Assembly: GCA_963813715.1 (NCBI GenBank)
Contig: CAWFAK010000007.1
Span: 992,001-1,056,000 of the forward strand
From: an uncultured Planctomycetaceae bacterium
Lineage (GTDB): Bacteria > Planctomycetota > Planctomycetia > Planctomycetales > Planctomycetaceae
Length of the DNA stretch: 64,000 bases
Reading direction: 5' to 3'
Part shown: positions 41,723-54,600 of the stretch, one piece after another
Layout: every line of letters starts with the position of its first letter
Position numbering within the stretch: the first letter of the stretch is position 1
The notes under the pieces: generated by a model
Database searches by the model: none
Told to the model about the DNA's origin: nothing
Seen by the model: the letters and a program-made list of their open reading frames with translations, nothing else
Program-made: the position numbers and the translations under genes

Positions 41723-42018
41723 ACGCCACCTCGGAATGGGAGTTCGTGCGGCGTCATGGCCGCGAGTACCATCGGGCTCACAACGAGCGCTGTGCCTCAA
41801 TGGCTCAAACTGCTGCAAACCATGAAGGCACAGCAGTTTGCATTCGCAAATCGCGCGAAATCCGTTCGCCCAGGCGGGAATTGTGCTCGCCTCTGAACGT
41901 CCACTGATTCGTTGGCGGGCGGCCCTTGGCATGATTGACGCGGCGCGGCTGACCGGCGTATTGATGAGGGACGCCGCGGATGGATGTTGAGCCACAATTT
42001 CTCGCGAAAGGCACTCCG

Positions 42019-43125
42019 ATGCAGTTCAAACGCGCTCTGGCAGGGGTCGTTGTGGGTGCGATGCTGGCGACGGCCGCCTGCGCCGCCAGCCAAAAATCCG
42101 AACACGGAAAAGCCGAGCTCCGCTCCGCCGGACCTCTGGCTTTTGGGCCGCACGGGGTCTTGTTCATCGGCGATCCCAAGGGCGCGGCCATCTTCGCCGT
42201 CGAAACGAACGACACGGCTACGACCAATGGCGCCAAGCCGTCGGTGAACGTCGACGGACTGAACGAAAAAATCGCCTCCCTGCTCGGCACCAAGAGCGAG
42301 CAGATTCGCATTCAAGATGTGGCCGTCAACCCGGCGAGCGGCAAGGTTTACGTTTCCGTCTCCCGAGGACGTGGCCCGGACGCGCAGCCGGTGCTCGTTC
42401 GGGTCGACGCGACGGGCAAGGTTGACGAATTCGCGCTCGACAACGTGACCTACTCCAAGGCCACGCTGCCCAACCCGCCGGAAGACAAAGAGACCGGCGC
42501 CGGCCGCCGACGGATGAACAACCGCGACGTGGCCATCACCGATCTGGCCTACATCGACGGTACGGTCGTCATCGCCGGGCTGTCCAACGAGGAGTTCGCA
42601 TCCAACCTGCGGGCTATCCCGTATCCCTTCAACGACGTCAACAAGGGCGCAAACGTCGAGATCTTTCACGGTAGCCATGGCCGCCTCGAAACGCGGGCGC
42701 CGATTCGCACGTTCGTGCCGATTTCGTTCGGCGGCAATCCGCAGATCATCGCCGCCTACACCTGCACGCCGCTGGTCCGCATTCCCATGGCCGATTTGCA
42801 GCCGGGCGTGAAGATTCGCGGCACCACGGTCGCCGAGCTGGGCAACATGAACCAGCCCTTGGACATCATCGCCTATCAAAAGGACGGCAAGCATTTCCTG
42901 CTGCTGGCGAACAAGGCCCGCGGCGTGATGAAGATCAGCACCGAGGGATTGATGAATCGCGAGGGCATCACCAAGCCGGTCCACGGGCAAACGGCCGGAC
43001 AACCCTACGAGACGATCAAGGAATGGAAGGGCGTGACCCAACTCGACCAACTCGATGATGCCAATGCCATCGTGCTGATCGAGCAAAACGGCAAGTCCGA
43101 TCTCCGGACCATGCCTCTGCCGTAA
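42019..43125 (+). CDS. Exported hypothetical protein, beta-propeller-like
   Basis: Signal peptide; SAGPLAFGPHGVLFIGD, GLSNEEFAS, FHGSHGRLETRAPIRT, AYTCTPLV. Confidence 0.8.
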   Translation: MQFKRALAGVVVGAMLATAACAASQKSEHGKAELRSAGPLAFGPHGVLFIGDPKGAAIFAVETNDTATTNGAKPSVNVDGLNEKIASLLGTKSEQIRIQDVAVNPASGKVYVSVSRGRGPDAQPVLVRVDATGKVDEFALDNVTYSKATLPNPPEDKETGAGRRRMNNRDVAITDLAYIDGTVVIAGLSNEEFASNLRAIPYPFNDVNKGANVEIFHGSHGRLETRAPIRTFVPISFGGNPQIIAAYTCTPLVRIPMADLQPGVKIRGTTVAELGNMNQPLDIIAYQKDGKHFLLLANKARGVMKISTEGLMNREGITKPVHGQTAGQPYETIKEWKGVTQLDQLDDANAIVLIEQNGKSDLRTMPLP

Positions 43126-43218
43126 GCGTCGTCATCTCCGGGCGAAACTCCGCACAGATTGAAAACGAGTCGCGCGACGGCGCGCAGCTGTGCGGAGTCG
43201 CGTTGACTCGTTTTTCGC

Positions 43219-44496
43219 GTGGTACGGTCGATGTGGAGCCTCTTGGGGGAAGTCGCAAATCTGAGGGAGTGCTGTCGCCTGTGGCTGGCGGCCGCGCTCC
43301 TTTTCAGTTGCGGTGGTGCGATTGGCACTGCCGGCGACCGGCCCCCGACCGCAGCCATCGCTCTCGTGCCGAAGCCCGCGCCGGACGCCCGGTTTGAAGT
43401 CAGTGGGTTGCCGCCGGAGATCGTGGCCCCGCTCCGCAGACTCGGACCCCGCGACTCCCGCTGGGCGACAATCTTCAGCGTACATGTCGTGACGGCGGCG
43501 ACGGGCAACCAACCGCCGATGCTGGGCACGTACGAAGTCACCGCCGACGGTCTGCGGTTCCGTCCGCGATTTCCTCTCGAGCGGGGGACCGAATACCGGG
43601 CCGTATTCGCCTGGCCGATGCTGGACCGCAACAGTGCTCCGACACCGGCGAAGGCCTCGTTGCGCGTCGTCAGGACGTTCGCCATCCCGGCTGGTCCGGC
43701 TGGTCCGCCGGCACGAGTCGTGGCGATTTACCCCTCGGCGCGCGAGATTCCCGAGAATCTGCTGCGGTGCTACGTGCAATTCTCGGCGCCGATGAGCCAA
43801 GGCAATTCGTATGTTCACCTGCACCTGCGCGACGAGACGTCCAGGACCGACGTCGTCGAGCCGTTTTTGGAGTTGCCACAAGAGCTATGGAGTCCGGATG
43901 GGAAGCGGCTCACGCTGCTGTTGGAGCCGGGACGCGTCAAGCACGACCTGGTTCCGCGTGACCAATTGGGCCCGATCCTGGTCGCCGGTCGAAACTACAC
44001 GTTTTCGATCGATGCCGACTGGCCCGATGCCGACGGGCGACCGCTGGCCGCAACGGGGCGAAAGACCTTTCGTGCCGTGAAGGCCGACGTGCGGCCCATC
44101 GATCCCAGCACTTGGACGATCGAGGCGCCGCAAGCCGGAACGCGTACGCCGCTCTCGGTCCATTTCCCGAAATCTCTCGATCACGGCATGCTCGAGCGTG
44201 TCTTGCGAGTCCTCGGCCCGGAACTCGCGCCGTCCTCTGCCGAGGCATCGGCCGAGCTTGCCGGCATGATCCGCGTGATTGACGAGGAAACCCGCTGGAC
44301 TTTCGAGCCGACGCAGCCGTGGACCGCCGGGCGCTATGTGCTGGCCATTTCGACGCAACTGGAAGATCCGGCCGGCAACAACGTCGGGCGTCCCTTCGAG
44401 GTCGATCTGAATCGAGCGCCGGCTGCGCCGAATGTCTCCGCCGACGTGCGGATCGAATTCCAAGTGCGCAGCCCCAGCCGGACGCGTGTCCGCTAG
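43219..44496 (+). CDS. Exported hypothetical protein with Ig-like domains
   Basis: IYPS...PENLLRCYVQFSAPM, ELWSPDGKRLTLLLEPGRVK, LEDPAGNNVGRPFEVD. Confidence 0.75.
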   Translation: MVRSMWSLLGEVANLRECCRLWLAAALLFSCGGAIGTAGDRPPTAAIALVPKPAPDARFEVSGLPPEIVAPLRRLGPRDSRWATIFSVHVVTAATGNQPPMLGTYEVTADGLRFRPRFPLERGTEYRAVFAWPMLDRNSAPTPAKASLRVVRTFAIPAGPAGPPARVVAIYPSAREIPENLLRCYVQFSAPMSQGNSYVHLHLRDETSRTDVVEPFLELPQELWSPDGKRLTLLLEPGRVKHDLVPRDQLGPILVAGRNYTFSIDADWPDADGRPLAATGRKTFRAVKADVRPIDPSTWTIEAPQAGTRTPLSVHFPKSLDHGMLERVLRVLGPELAPSSAEASAELAGMIRVIDEETRWTFEPTQPWTAGRYVLAISTQLEDPAGNNVGRPFEVDLNRAPAAPNVSADVRIEFQVRSPSRTRVR

Positions 44497-45654
44497 AACG
44501 TGCCGGCGCCGCTCGACGTTCCGTTCTTAAGCGACTGGAATCCCTCGGCCACCGACAGACCCAAAAGCATCGAGCCGAGGACCCGATTGACCGGCGCGAT
44601 GACCTTCGCCAGGAAGTTGTCGGTCGCGATCAGGTCGTCTGCCTGCACGTAGACACGGTCGCCCGGCAGCAGTTGATAGTTGGTGGTTGCCACGCCGTCG
44701 GCCGTGATCGAGCGCCAATTCACGCAGAGGATCTGCGGTCGTCCACCCGTTTCCGGACACGGACGCGCGATCCACACGCGCTTCGAAGAGACCTGCGGCA
44801 ACCCGTTGATCTGCGCGATCGCATCGAGCACGGTCTCGTTGCCGGTGCACGGCAGCCGCACGATCTGCTGACCGTAGCCGCCGCCGTCGGCAATGATGTA
44901 GTAAACCTTACTGTTGTAGGCCATCACGTCGACGCTCACGACGGGATTATTCAAGTATTGTGAGAGATGGGTTTCGACGGACTGCCGCACTTCGGGCAAC
45001 GTGAGTCCGGCCACGTAAACCTCGCCATAAATCCCCAGCCCGACCGTTCCGTCCGGACGCACCAGGTGCTGCCCCGCGACAACCTGTCGGCCGGTCGTGT
45101 CCGTGAGGACGACCGAGAGCTTCGGATCGCGCAGGCCGCCCGAGTCGTGCAAGTATTTCTCGATGGTGCCCTTGGCTTCGTCGACCGTCAGGCCGCCGAC
45201 CAGGACCTTGCCGTAGACGGCCCCAAGATCCACCGAGCCATCCGATTCCACCTGGTACGGACCGTTGAGGATTTTGGCTTGCAGCTCCGGCTGCTTCGCC
45301 GCCAGTTGCAGCAGGTTGCCGGGTGTTTCCTCGCCGATATCGAGGGGGAGCCCCTTCAAGAGACGGACCGTGACTTGATCGCCCGAGCGAAGCCGCGTAT
45401 CGGCGCCGCGGACATTGTAGACGGCATCGACTAATAAGATGTCAGGCGGCATCACCCGATATGCCGGCAGCGACGTGCGCGCCTGTTCGCGAGGAATCGC
45501 CGGGTCGCACGCGGCAAAGGGATCGGGAAGCGGAGGCGCGGAAGGGTGAAACGCATCCAGCGAAGGCCAGCGACAGCGCGCAGAGCATCAGTCCGCAGCC
45601 GGCACGCACCGGCGACGGCCAATTGTCAACGCGCAGGATCCCTCCATTGTCCAT
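44493..45654 (-). CDS. Polysaccharide biosynthesis/export lipoprotein, Wza-like (frameshifts ~45450-45510)
   Basis: Lipobox-like LAFAGC; VRPDGTVGLGIYGEVYVAGLT; GNETVLDAI; NYQLLPGDRVYV. Confidence 0.88.
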
Positions 45655-46242
45655 CTTCAGTTTGCTTTCGATGGGCAAGCGCAGGTTAGTTTTGGGTCGA
45701 GCTGGAAAGTGAAACTGGCGAGAGGAGCGAGGCGGGTAAAGCGGTCAGCACCGTCGCGCGAAGGCGCTGCGACACGAACCAATCACGGAAGTGGTTGAAG
45801 CCGGCAAGTGACCGAAGTAGGAAGGTAATAGCGGTAGGAAAGTGACCGGCTGAGGAAGAGCCGGGGCAGGAAGCGAGGATCGGTAGGCAGGTGGCTCGGA
45901 ATTGAGCAGGAAGGGGTTTGACTTATATCCCACGGGCCTCGACTTGCCAAGGTCTTTTTGTCAGAGGTCACGCGGCGGCCACAACGAAGGCCGTTTCTTT
46001 TGAGCAGCAAACGCCACCTCGACGCGCGTCGACGGCCAGTTTCGGCTGGCCGAGAACTCGGCCAGACCACGCGCCGGAAACCCTGCGCAAAGCGCGTGAT
46101 TTCGAGGCGCGCGGGACACACTCGGTTGCGATGATCGGCCGATTTCGCCGAAAGAAAAAATACTTTTGAGATTCGATTTGCACGCGTGGATTCCGGCGTC
46201 GAAAGCCGAGGGCCAATGGCAGAGCACCATCAAAACTCGGCG

Positions 46243-46272
46243 TTGACAGTAGCAGATGGTGCATGTCAGAAT
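46243..46272 (+). promoter_or_regulatory. Possible sigma70 promoter for the NusG paralog
   Basis: TTGACA-N18-CAGAAT with TG extension. Confidence 0.3.
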
Positions 46273-46424
46273 CTCACAGCCCTCTCAGCAACGAACGACT
46301 CTCGTTCCGCCGTGCTTCGTCGCGGTCTGATCTCACGTCTGCGATCGAAGTTTGCGAATCGATGTCGTCGTTTCGTCCGTCGGCTGCCTTGAGCCGCTGA
46401 CACCCACACGACACGAGTTTGTTC

Positions 46425-46979
46425 ATGCCGGTACTTGAGCACGAGCCTGCCGTCTGGCCGGAAGATCTCTTTGCGCAACGCGTGAAATTTCCCGGTCCCC
46501 AGCAATGGTGCGCCTATCACGTCCGTCCGCGCGCTGAAAAAGCCGTCGCTCGTCACCTCCGCAGTCACAACATTGCGTATTACTTGCCGCAGATGGAGCG
46601 GCAGCGGCGCTACCAGCGGCGGCTGGTCCGCTCGCGCCTCGTGCTTTTTCCGGGTTACGTCTTCATCCTGGCGCACGACCACGACTCGGCCCGCCGCATT
46701 GAATACAAAGGAATCATTCGTTCGCTGGCCATCACCGATCAGGAGCAATTCGACGGAGAACTGCGTGATATTCATCGCTTGATCCAAGCCGGACAGCCGC
46801 TGACGCGCGAGGAACGACTGCAAACCGGTAGCCTCGCCCGCATTATCCGCGGCCCGCTGACCGGCCTTTGCGGCCACGTTGTGCGCAACAAACGCGGCCA
46901 GAAGTTCGTGTTGCACGTTCAGTTTCTGCAGCAGGGAGTTTCGGTGGCGATCGACGTCGCCAGCATCGAAGCCCTCTAA
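46425..46979 (+). CDS. NusG/RfaH/UpxY-family transcription antiterminator
   Basis: WCAYHVRPRAEK, YYLP, LFPGYVF; KOW-like GSLARIIRGPLTGLCG. Confidence 0.9.
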   Translation: MPVLEHEPAVWPEDLFAQRVKFPGPQQWCAYHVRPRAEKAVARHLRSHNIAYYLPQMERQRRYQRRLVRSRLVLFPGYVFILAHDHDSARRIEYKGIIRSLAITDQEQFDGELRDIHRLIQAGQPLTREERLQTGSLARIIRGPLTGLCGHVVRNKRGQKFVLHVQFLQQGVSVAIDVASIEAL

Positions 46980-47077
46980 TTCACACGACCATCGAGCCCC
47001 GCGATCGAGTCCTCCTCCTCTCCTCTCCCTCCCTCCCGATACACGCCTCGTTTTCCCCCCTCGTTAGGAGTCGAAGC

Positions 47078-47497
47078 ATGCGAAGCGGATGGATCCGCGC
47101 AAAGCGGACCGTGGTCACTCGAAGTGGCATTGTCGCGGGAGGCCTGTTGATCGCGACGGCCGGCGCACCCAATTTGCTGGCTCAGTTACCAGTCGGCAGC
47201 AGTTTTGGCGTTCCGGCCAGCCAGCAGATCAACAATCCGGCCGTGAGCCCGTTCCTCAACCTCGCCCAGCCCGGCATCAATCCGGGGGTGGCCTACCAGA
47301 CGTTGGTTGCACCCCAATTGCAGTTGGGTAACGCCGTCGCGCTCCAGCAGCAGCAAATCGGCCGGTTACAGCAGCTGACGCCGGCGACGGGCCACACGAC
47401 TCCAACGTTGACGGGGGGCGCCATCCTGGAGACGGGCCATCCGACGTCGTTCATGAACACGTTGAACTACTTCCCGCAGCCCAACTTCAAGCACTGA
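47078..47497 (+). CDS. Small exported hypothetical protein
   Basis: AGGAG RBS; signal-like N-terminus; PAVSPFLNL...YQTLVAPQ...TGHPTSFMN. Confidence 0.75.
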   Translation: MRSGWIRAKRTVVTRSGIVAGGLLIATAGAPNLLAQLPVGSSFGVPASQQINNPAVSPFLNLAQPGINPGVAYQTLVAPQLQLGNAVALQQQQIGRLQQLTPATGHTTPTLTGGAILETGHPTSFMNTLNYFPQPNFKH

Positions 47498-48682
47498 GTC
47501 CGAAGCTGACTTTCACTGCGTCCACGCTCGACGGCCCGGTCTCGCAAAAGACTGGGCCATTTTTGTTGATTGGAAGAGGGCCAGCCTCTGGCGCAACTGC
47601 CGGAATGAAAAATGCCCTTTATTTTGCGAACATTACGGAAATGTTTTCGCCAAGCCATACAACAAACACGACTGGTGATACTGGGCAAACTAAACAGACT
47701 GCGGTCACCCCCGTCCCGACGTCGCATCAAAGCGGCTTGACGAACAAGCATGAAAATTTGTAAACCACCGCGCTGTCAAAATGCGTCGAATGAATTGACT
47801 TTTTTGATTACGAAGACGAAATAGACCTTCTCGGAGACTGGTTAGCAACTTCTCGGTGCCTCGCCTCGGCCCGCACTGAATCGAGTCAGGCCGAAACGCG
47901 TGCGACGCATGAGCTATCGCCGCACGGGGTAACCGAACAGGGCCAAGCTTGCTGCAGAAACCGCTCGAGCGAGAGGGAAGCCGTTCCCATCGCATTCGCA
48001 CGGAGTTGTGTTCGGGCGTTAGGAGTCCAGCAGGCATGGGCCATTGGTCGGCGCGAAGCGACGCGTGGGCGAGATGGGAACAAGCGGGCGTGCCGGGTTC
48101 CGCGCGCCACGTCAATAATTTCGGCAACACATCACCGTTGCCGCTCGGGGCTCGCACGGTGCGCTGTCACGACGGCGCGCGAGCATGTGATCAAGCGCCG
48201 CACAAGTGCCCTTCGCACACGCGCTGCGGCTCGATGCCCCGCGAACCGATGTTGCCAAATTGCATCATCCGTTTTTTCACCTCCCAGGACGTGCCAACAG
48301 GCTTGGTTCTTCGGGATATGCGGGCACTCGCTGTGTTGATCTTTCGCTGCATCTCCTCAGTTTTCCGAAAACTGCCAGATTCCGCTCGTATCGGCCGCTC
48401 AGCCGAGTTCACGTGGCCTAGCTTTGGGATGGAAGGAGTTTAACCGCGCGAAGGGACGTCTGCTTCAGCCTGCGGAACCACGTGCCGCAAAGTCCAAGCA
48501 GTGTCCCGAACGGTCGGCTTCACGTCTGCCAGTCGGCAATCCACGCAACGATCGCTGGCCTGGTTTGAGTTGTCACGGAAAAACTCGAACCCGGCAACAA
48601 CACCTCTCCGCATCGTGTTTTCTTCGCATCGTGTGTCGAGTGCCGTTGCGTGTGGAATTCTCTCGGGCCTGAGGGATGACTC

Positions 48683-51600
48683 ATGATTTCTCCTTGGCGT
48701 GCAATCTTGGCTCGCCTCTCGAGTCCTCGGCGCTCGGTCGGGCGTGCGCGTCGCCGCGCACGGTATCCGGTCGGCCGCTCGCTCGAAGGATTGGAATCAC
48801 GACTGCTCCTCAGCGGGACGCCGCCCAGCATCCCGAACCTGCCCTATAACGACAGCAATCTGTCGCCGCCGGGACTGCAATCCGTAACGACGATGCCCGA
48901 TCTGCCCGTGTTCAACGTGAAGAACTACGGAGCAACCGGGAACGGCACCACCGACGACACGGTCGCCATTCGCGCGGCGATCTCCGCGGCCGAGAACGAC
49001 GGCGGCGGCATCATCTTCTTCCCCGCCGGCACGTATGCCGTCGACATGCAGCCGGGAGACACGGGGACCTGGGGCAACGGCAGCGCCTACCCTGTGATCT
49101 TCCCGCTCACCTCGAGCAATCTCGTCTTCATGGGCGATGGGCCCACCCAGTCCATCCTGTCGGGTTACATGCCAGGGCTCAAGAACCCCGTCACCAACTG
49201 GAACTTGACCGGGAATTCGTATGACCCGATCAGCCGCTTCGGCATGTTCCGCATCGATTCGACCAACAGTGCGATCAACAACGTCCAGTTTCGTTCGCTC
49301 GGAATCACGGGCAACCTCGGCTGGACGGGCAATTACGACGTCGGCGGCGTCGCCGCGACAGGAGACGGTTGGGACCTGTCGAGCAAGGGAATCGCCTTCG
49401 ACGGCGCCAATGACATCAGCAATATCCTGATCTTCAACGTCGACATCTACGGCTGGCGCGGTGAAGAGATCTATGGCGGCGGCAGCGACGTCGGCTCGGT
49501 CTACATCGTCAACGACGATCTCTACGGCACCGATGGCGATGCTATCAGCATCTCCGGCAACGTGTTGATCGACAATACGACGATGGGCGGCACGTCCACG
49601 GGCGACGACGTCTACAACGGCATCGAGGATTTCTCGCTCGGCGCCCCGCAACAGACCACGGTCGAAAATTCGATCATCAGTGTCAGTTCCGATCCCTCGG
49701 CCGTGCACGGCTACGGCATCGCCTACCTGGGCCTGCCGACTTCGTCGCTGACGGTGACGAATACCCAGCTCGAGAACAACGACATCGCGATTCTGTATTC
49801 CGAGGTCGCCAGCAACGTCATCATTCAGGACAACACGTTCACGAACAACAACGGCGGCATGATCGATTCGATCCTGGGACTCTATCCCCAGTATCCGACC
49901 GGCTTCAGCGACTTTCTGATCGACGGCAACACGTTCAACGATTCGGGAGCCGCCTTCGTCAGCCAGTTCTACAGTCCCTCGACCAACTCCTTCGACAACC
50001 TGGTCATCCGCAACAACACGGTCGAAAACGGCAGCGTGCTCCTGAGTGGCGGCTATTACGGGCCGGCCTGGTCGAATTTCATCGTCGCGGACAACACCAT
50101 CGGCACGGGCGGCGGCGACATCAACAACACGTCGGACATTCAGGCCGACAACTACGCCATCTGGAGCGACAACTCCTACGCCAGCGGCTCGTCGAACGGC
50201 TACGGCTCCAGCTATGCCGTGCAGATCAACGACGCGAGCACCGAGACCACCACGTCGATCACGCCGATCACTCAGGTCACCGTGCTCGAAGGGAACGAAA
50301 CGACGAGCGGCTCGCAGTACGTGTCGATTCCGCTGGCTTCCAACTATTACCCCGTCGGGTTCGAAACGACGTTCATCGCGGGCCCCTATTCGCCGGGGAA
50401 CTGGGTGCTGCCCGCCAACTCGTTCTGGAATACGTGGACCAGCAACATCCCCGTAGGCACCGCGGGTGTGACGATCCAAATGGGCGCGAACGGCCTGTTC
50501 AGCGTCGTCCAACCCAGCTCGACCAAGCTCGCCTTCGCGCAGTCACCGACCACGGGCACCGCCGGACAGGCCCTGTCGTCCGTGTCCGTTGACGTCGAGA
50601 ACTCGAGCGGCGGCATCGTCACCAGTGACAATTCGTCGGTCGTGCTGACGCTGAGCGGCGGCACGTTTGCCAATGGAGCCACTTCGATCGTGGCGCAAGC
50701 CGTCAACGGCGTCGCCACATTCAGCAATTTGATTATCGACGCGGCCGGCGGCTACACTCTGACCGCAAACGACGGCGAGTTGACCTCTGCCACCTCGGCT
50801 GCGCTCACGGTCAATCCGGCCGCGGCCAGCACCCTGGCATTTATCGTGGCTCCCTTTGCCGGCTTCACCGGCCAGGCGCTTTACCCGGGCGTCGAAGTGG
50901 CTGTCGAAGATCAGTTCGGCAACGTAATCACGACCAATTCGTCCACGGTCACGTTGGCCCTGAGTAGCGGCACTTTCTCGACCGGGACCGCGTCGACCAC
51001 CGCCCAGGCCGTGAACGGCATCGCCACCTTCAGCAGCCTGACTTTGAATAACTCCGGCAACTACACGCTGAGCGCCAGCGACGGCTCGCTGACCGGGTCC
51101 ACTTCGAACAGCATTTCGATCAGCCCGTATCCCACGACGACCGGCGCTTCGAGCAAGCTGGCCTTCACGCAGACACCGACCAGCGGCACAGCCGGCACGG
51201 CCCTGGGAACCGCCGTCCAAGTGTCGGTGGAAGACGCGAACGGCAACGTGGTGACAAGCGACACGTCCACCGTCACGCTGACGCTCAATGGCGGCGTCTT
51301 CACGGGGGGTGGGACGACCGAAACGGTCCAGGCTGTCTTCGGCGTGGCCACGTTCAGCAACCTGATTATCGACACCTCGGGCAACTTGACGTTCAGTGCT
51401 TCCGACGGTTCGCTCACGGGGGCAAGCTCTTCGACCGTCGCCATCAGCGCGGGCCCGCCGACGAAAATCGCCTTTATGCAGACGCCCTCGAGCGGCGTGA
51501 TGAATCAATCGCTCAATCCGGCGGTCTCCGTGGCGGTGGAAGATCAGTTTGGCAACGTCGTCACTCAGAACAATTCATCGGTTTCAATCCTCGTTTCGAG

Positions 51601-54600
51601 CGGGCCCTCCGGCTTCAACAGCTCGAGCACGACTTCGGTCACAGCAGTCAACGGCCTCGCCACCTTCAACAATTTGTCATTTGGGTCGGTGGCGCACTAC
51701 AATCTCTACGCCAGCGACGGCTCACTGAGCGGCGCCGGATCGTCGAGCATCAACATCACGGCGACCGGAACGAACAAGCTGGCCTTCTCACAAGCGCCGA
51801 CGTCGGGAACGGCCGGACAGTCGCTCAGCCCGGCCCTGCAGGTCTCCGTCGAGAATCAGAGCGGCTCGGTTGTCACCAGCGACACCACGACGGTGACCCT
51901 CACGCTCAGCGGCGGAGTCTTCGCCAGCGGCGGCACGACGGTCACTGCGCAGGCCGTCAACGGCGTGGCCACTTTCAGCAGCCTGGTCATCGATGCGGCT
52001 GGCTCTTACAAGCTGACCGCCAGCGATGGTTCCTACACGGGCGCGACGTCGAGCAGCATCACCATCAGCCCGGCGACGGCCAGCAAGCTGGTGATCACAC
52101 AGGCGCCCACCACTGGCACAGCAGGGCAATCCTTGGGAACGGCCCTCAAAGTGTCGGTCGAAGACACTTTCGGCAACGTCGTGACCTCGAACACCTCGAC
52201 AGTCGCCGTCGCCATTGCCAGCGGTCCCGGCACGTTTGGCAGCGGCAGCACGACGTCGGTGGCCGCGGTCAACGGCGTGGCCACGTTCAGCAATGTCTCG
52301 CTCGCGGCCGCGGGGACTTATACGCTGAGCGTCACCGACGGTTCGCTGACGAGCGCCACCTCCGGCAGCATCGTCGTGAGCGCTTCGTCAGCCGCCAAGC
52401 TGGCGATCAGCCAATCACCCACGACGGGCACGGCCGGGCAGGCATTGGGCTCTGAAGGTTTCGGTCGAAGATTCGTCCGGCAACATCGTCACCTCCAACA
52501 CCTCGACCGTGACGGTTGCCATCGCCGGCGGCCCCGGCACCTTCGCCAGCGGCAGCACAACGTCCGTGGCGGCAGTCAGCGGCGTTGCGACCCTCAGTAA
52601 CTTGATCTTCGACACGGCCGGAACCTACACCCTGAGCATCAGCGACGGTTCGCTCACCGGCGCGACGACCGCCACGATCACCGTCAGCCCGGCCGCCGCG
52701 AGCAAGTTGGCCGTCACGCAGACACCGGCCACATCGACGGCCGGCCAGGCACTCGCGGCACTCCTCGTTGCGGTGGAAGACGCGTTCGGCAACGTCGTGA
52801 CATCCAATACGTCGACGGTCGCGCTGGCCGTCGCCAGCGGGCCGGGCTACGCGGCCAGCGGCAGCTCGACCTCCGTCGCCGCGGTCAACGGTGTCGCCAC
52901 CTTCACCAATCTGACCTTCGACACCGCCGGCACCTACTCACTCAGCGCCAGCGACGGTTCTTTGTCGGGTGGCACTTCGAACAGTTTCGTGGTGAATCCG
53001 GCCGCCGCCAGCAAACTGCTGATCACGCAGACGCCGACGACGGGCACCGCCGGAGGCGCTTTGGCAACCGCTCTCAAGATCGCGGTCGAAGATACGTTCG
53101 GCAACACGGTCACCTCGAACTCCTCATCGGTCGCAATCACCGTGGCCAGCGGCCCCGGCAGCTTTGCCAGCGGCAGCACAACTTCGGTCGCGGCGGCCAG
53201 TGGCGTCGCCAGTTTCGGTAACCTGTTGTTGGACACAGCCGGAACTTACACGCTGAGCGTGAGCGACGGCTCACTGTCGGGTGCTACAACCGGCAGCTTG
53301 ACCATCAGCCCGGCCGCGGCCAGCAAACTGGCGATTACGCAAAGTCCGACTACCGGCACCGCCGGCGCTGCGGCGACACTCAAAGTCGCCGTCGAAGACG
53401 CGTTCGGCAACGCCATCAGCTCCAACTCCTCGACGGTTTCGGTTGCGGTTGCGAGCGGGCCCGGTGGCTTCGCCAGCGGCAGCACGACCTCGGTCGCGGC
53501 CGCGAGTGGCGTCGCCACGTTGAGCAATTTGATTCTCGATACCGCCGGAACCTATACCTTCAGCGTCAGTGACGGCTCGCTGAGTGGAGCCACATCGGGC
53601 AGCCTGTCGATCAGCCCGGCCGCCGCCAGCACGCTTTCGATCGTACAAACACCGGCCGGCGGGACCTCCAACCAGGCGTTGAGTCCGGCCCTGCAAGTCG
53701 CGGTCAAGGATCAATACGGCAACGTCGTCACGGGGAACGCGTCGACGGTGACGGTCGCCATCGCGAGCGGCCCGTCCGGGTTCGCCAGTGGCAGCACGAC
53801 GTCCGTGGCGGCGGTCAACGGCAACGCCACGTTTAGCAACCTCGTCCTCAGTTCGACCGGCACTTATACGCTGAAGTTCAGCGACGGCTCGCTCACCACC
53901 GCAACTTCCGGCACAATTCCGGTGAGCGCGTCGACCGCCACTAAGCTGGCCATCACCCAATCGCCGACGACGGGCACCGCCGGCCAGGCTTTGGGGACAG
54001 CCCTCACCATCGCCGTCGAAGATTCGTTCGGCAACCTGGTGACATCGAACACGTCGACCGTCAGCATGACGATCGCCAGTGGTCCGGGCACGTTCGCCAG
54101 CGGCAGCACGACGTCGGTCGCCGCGGTCAACGGGGTGGCCAACTTCAGCAACCTGCTCTTCAATACGGCGGGAACCTACACGCTGGGTGTCAGCGATGGC
54201 TCACTGACCGGCGCCACGACGGCCACGATTACGGTCAGTCCGGCGCGGCCAGCCAGCTCGTCGTCACGCAGGCCCCGGCGACCGGCACGGCCGGCCAGGC
54301 CCTCGGCACGGCGCTCAAGGTCGCCGTTGAAGACGCGTTTGGCAACACCATCAGCTCCAACGCCTCGACGGTCTCCGTGGCTGTTACGAGCGGCCCCGGC
54401 ACCTTCGCCAGCGGCAGCACGACCTCGCTCGCCGCCGCGAGCGGCGTTGCCAGCTTCAGTAACCTGATCTTCAACACGGCCGGCAGTTACACGCTGACCG
54501 TGAGCGACGGTGCGCTGACCGCGGCAACCACAGGCAGCTTCACCATTAGCCCGGCCGCCGCCAGCAAGCTGGCGATCACGCAGACGCCCAGCAGCGGCAC

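Noticed and set aside
45826..45892. ops-like AGCGGTAG/TCGGTAG near the NusG paralog
   Set aside because: Only a partial match to GGCGGTAGnnTG, and it lies upstream of the putative promoter.
47683..47740. GGCAAAC suggesting a c-di-GMP-I riboswitch before the adhesin
   Set aside because: The following GAAA stem-loop and GCAAAG elements are absent.
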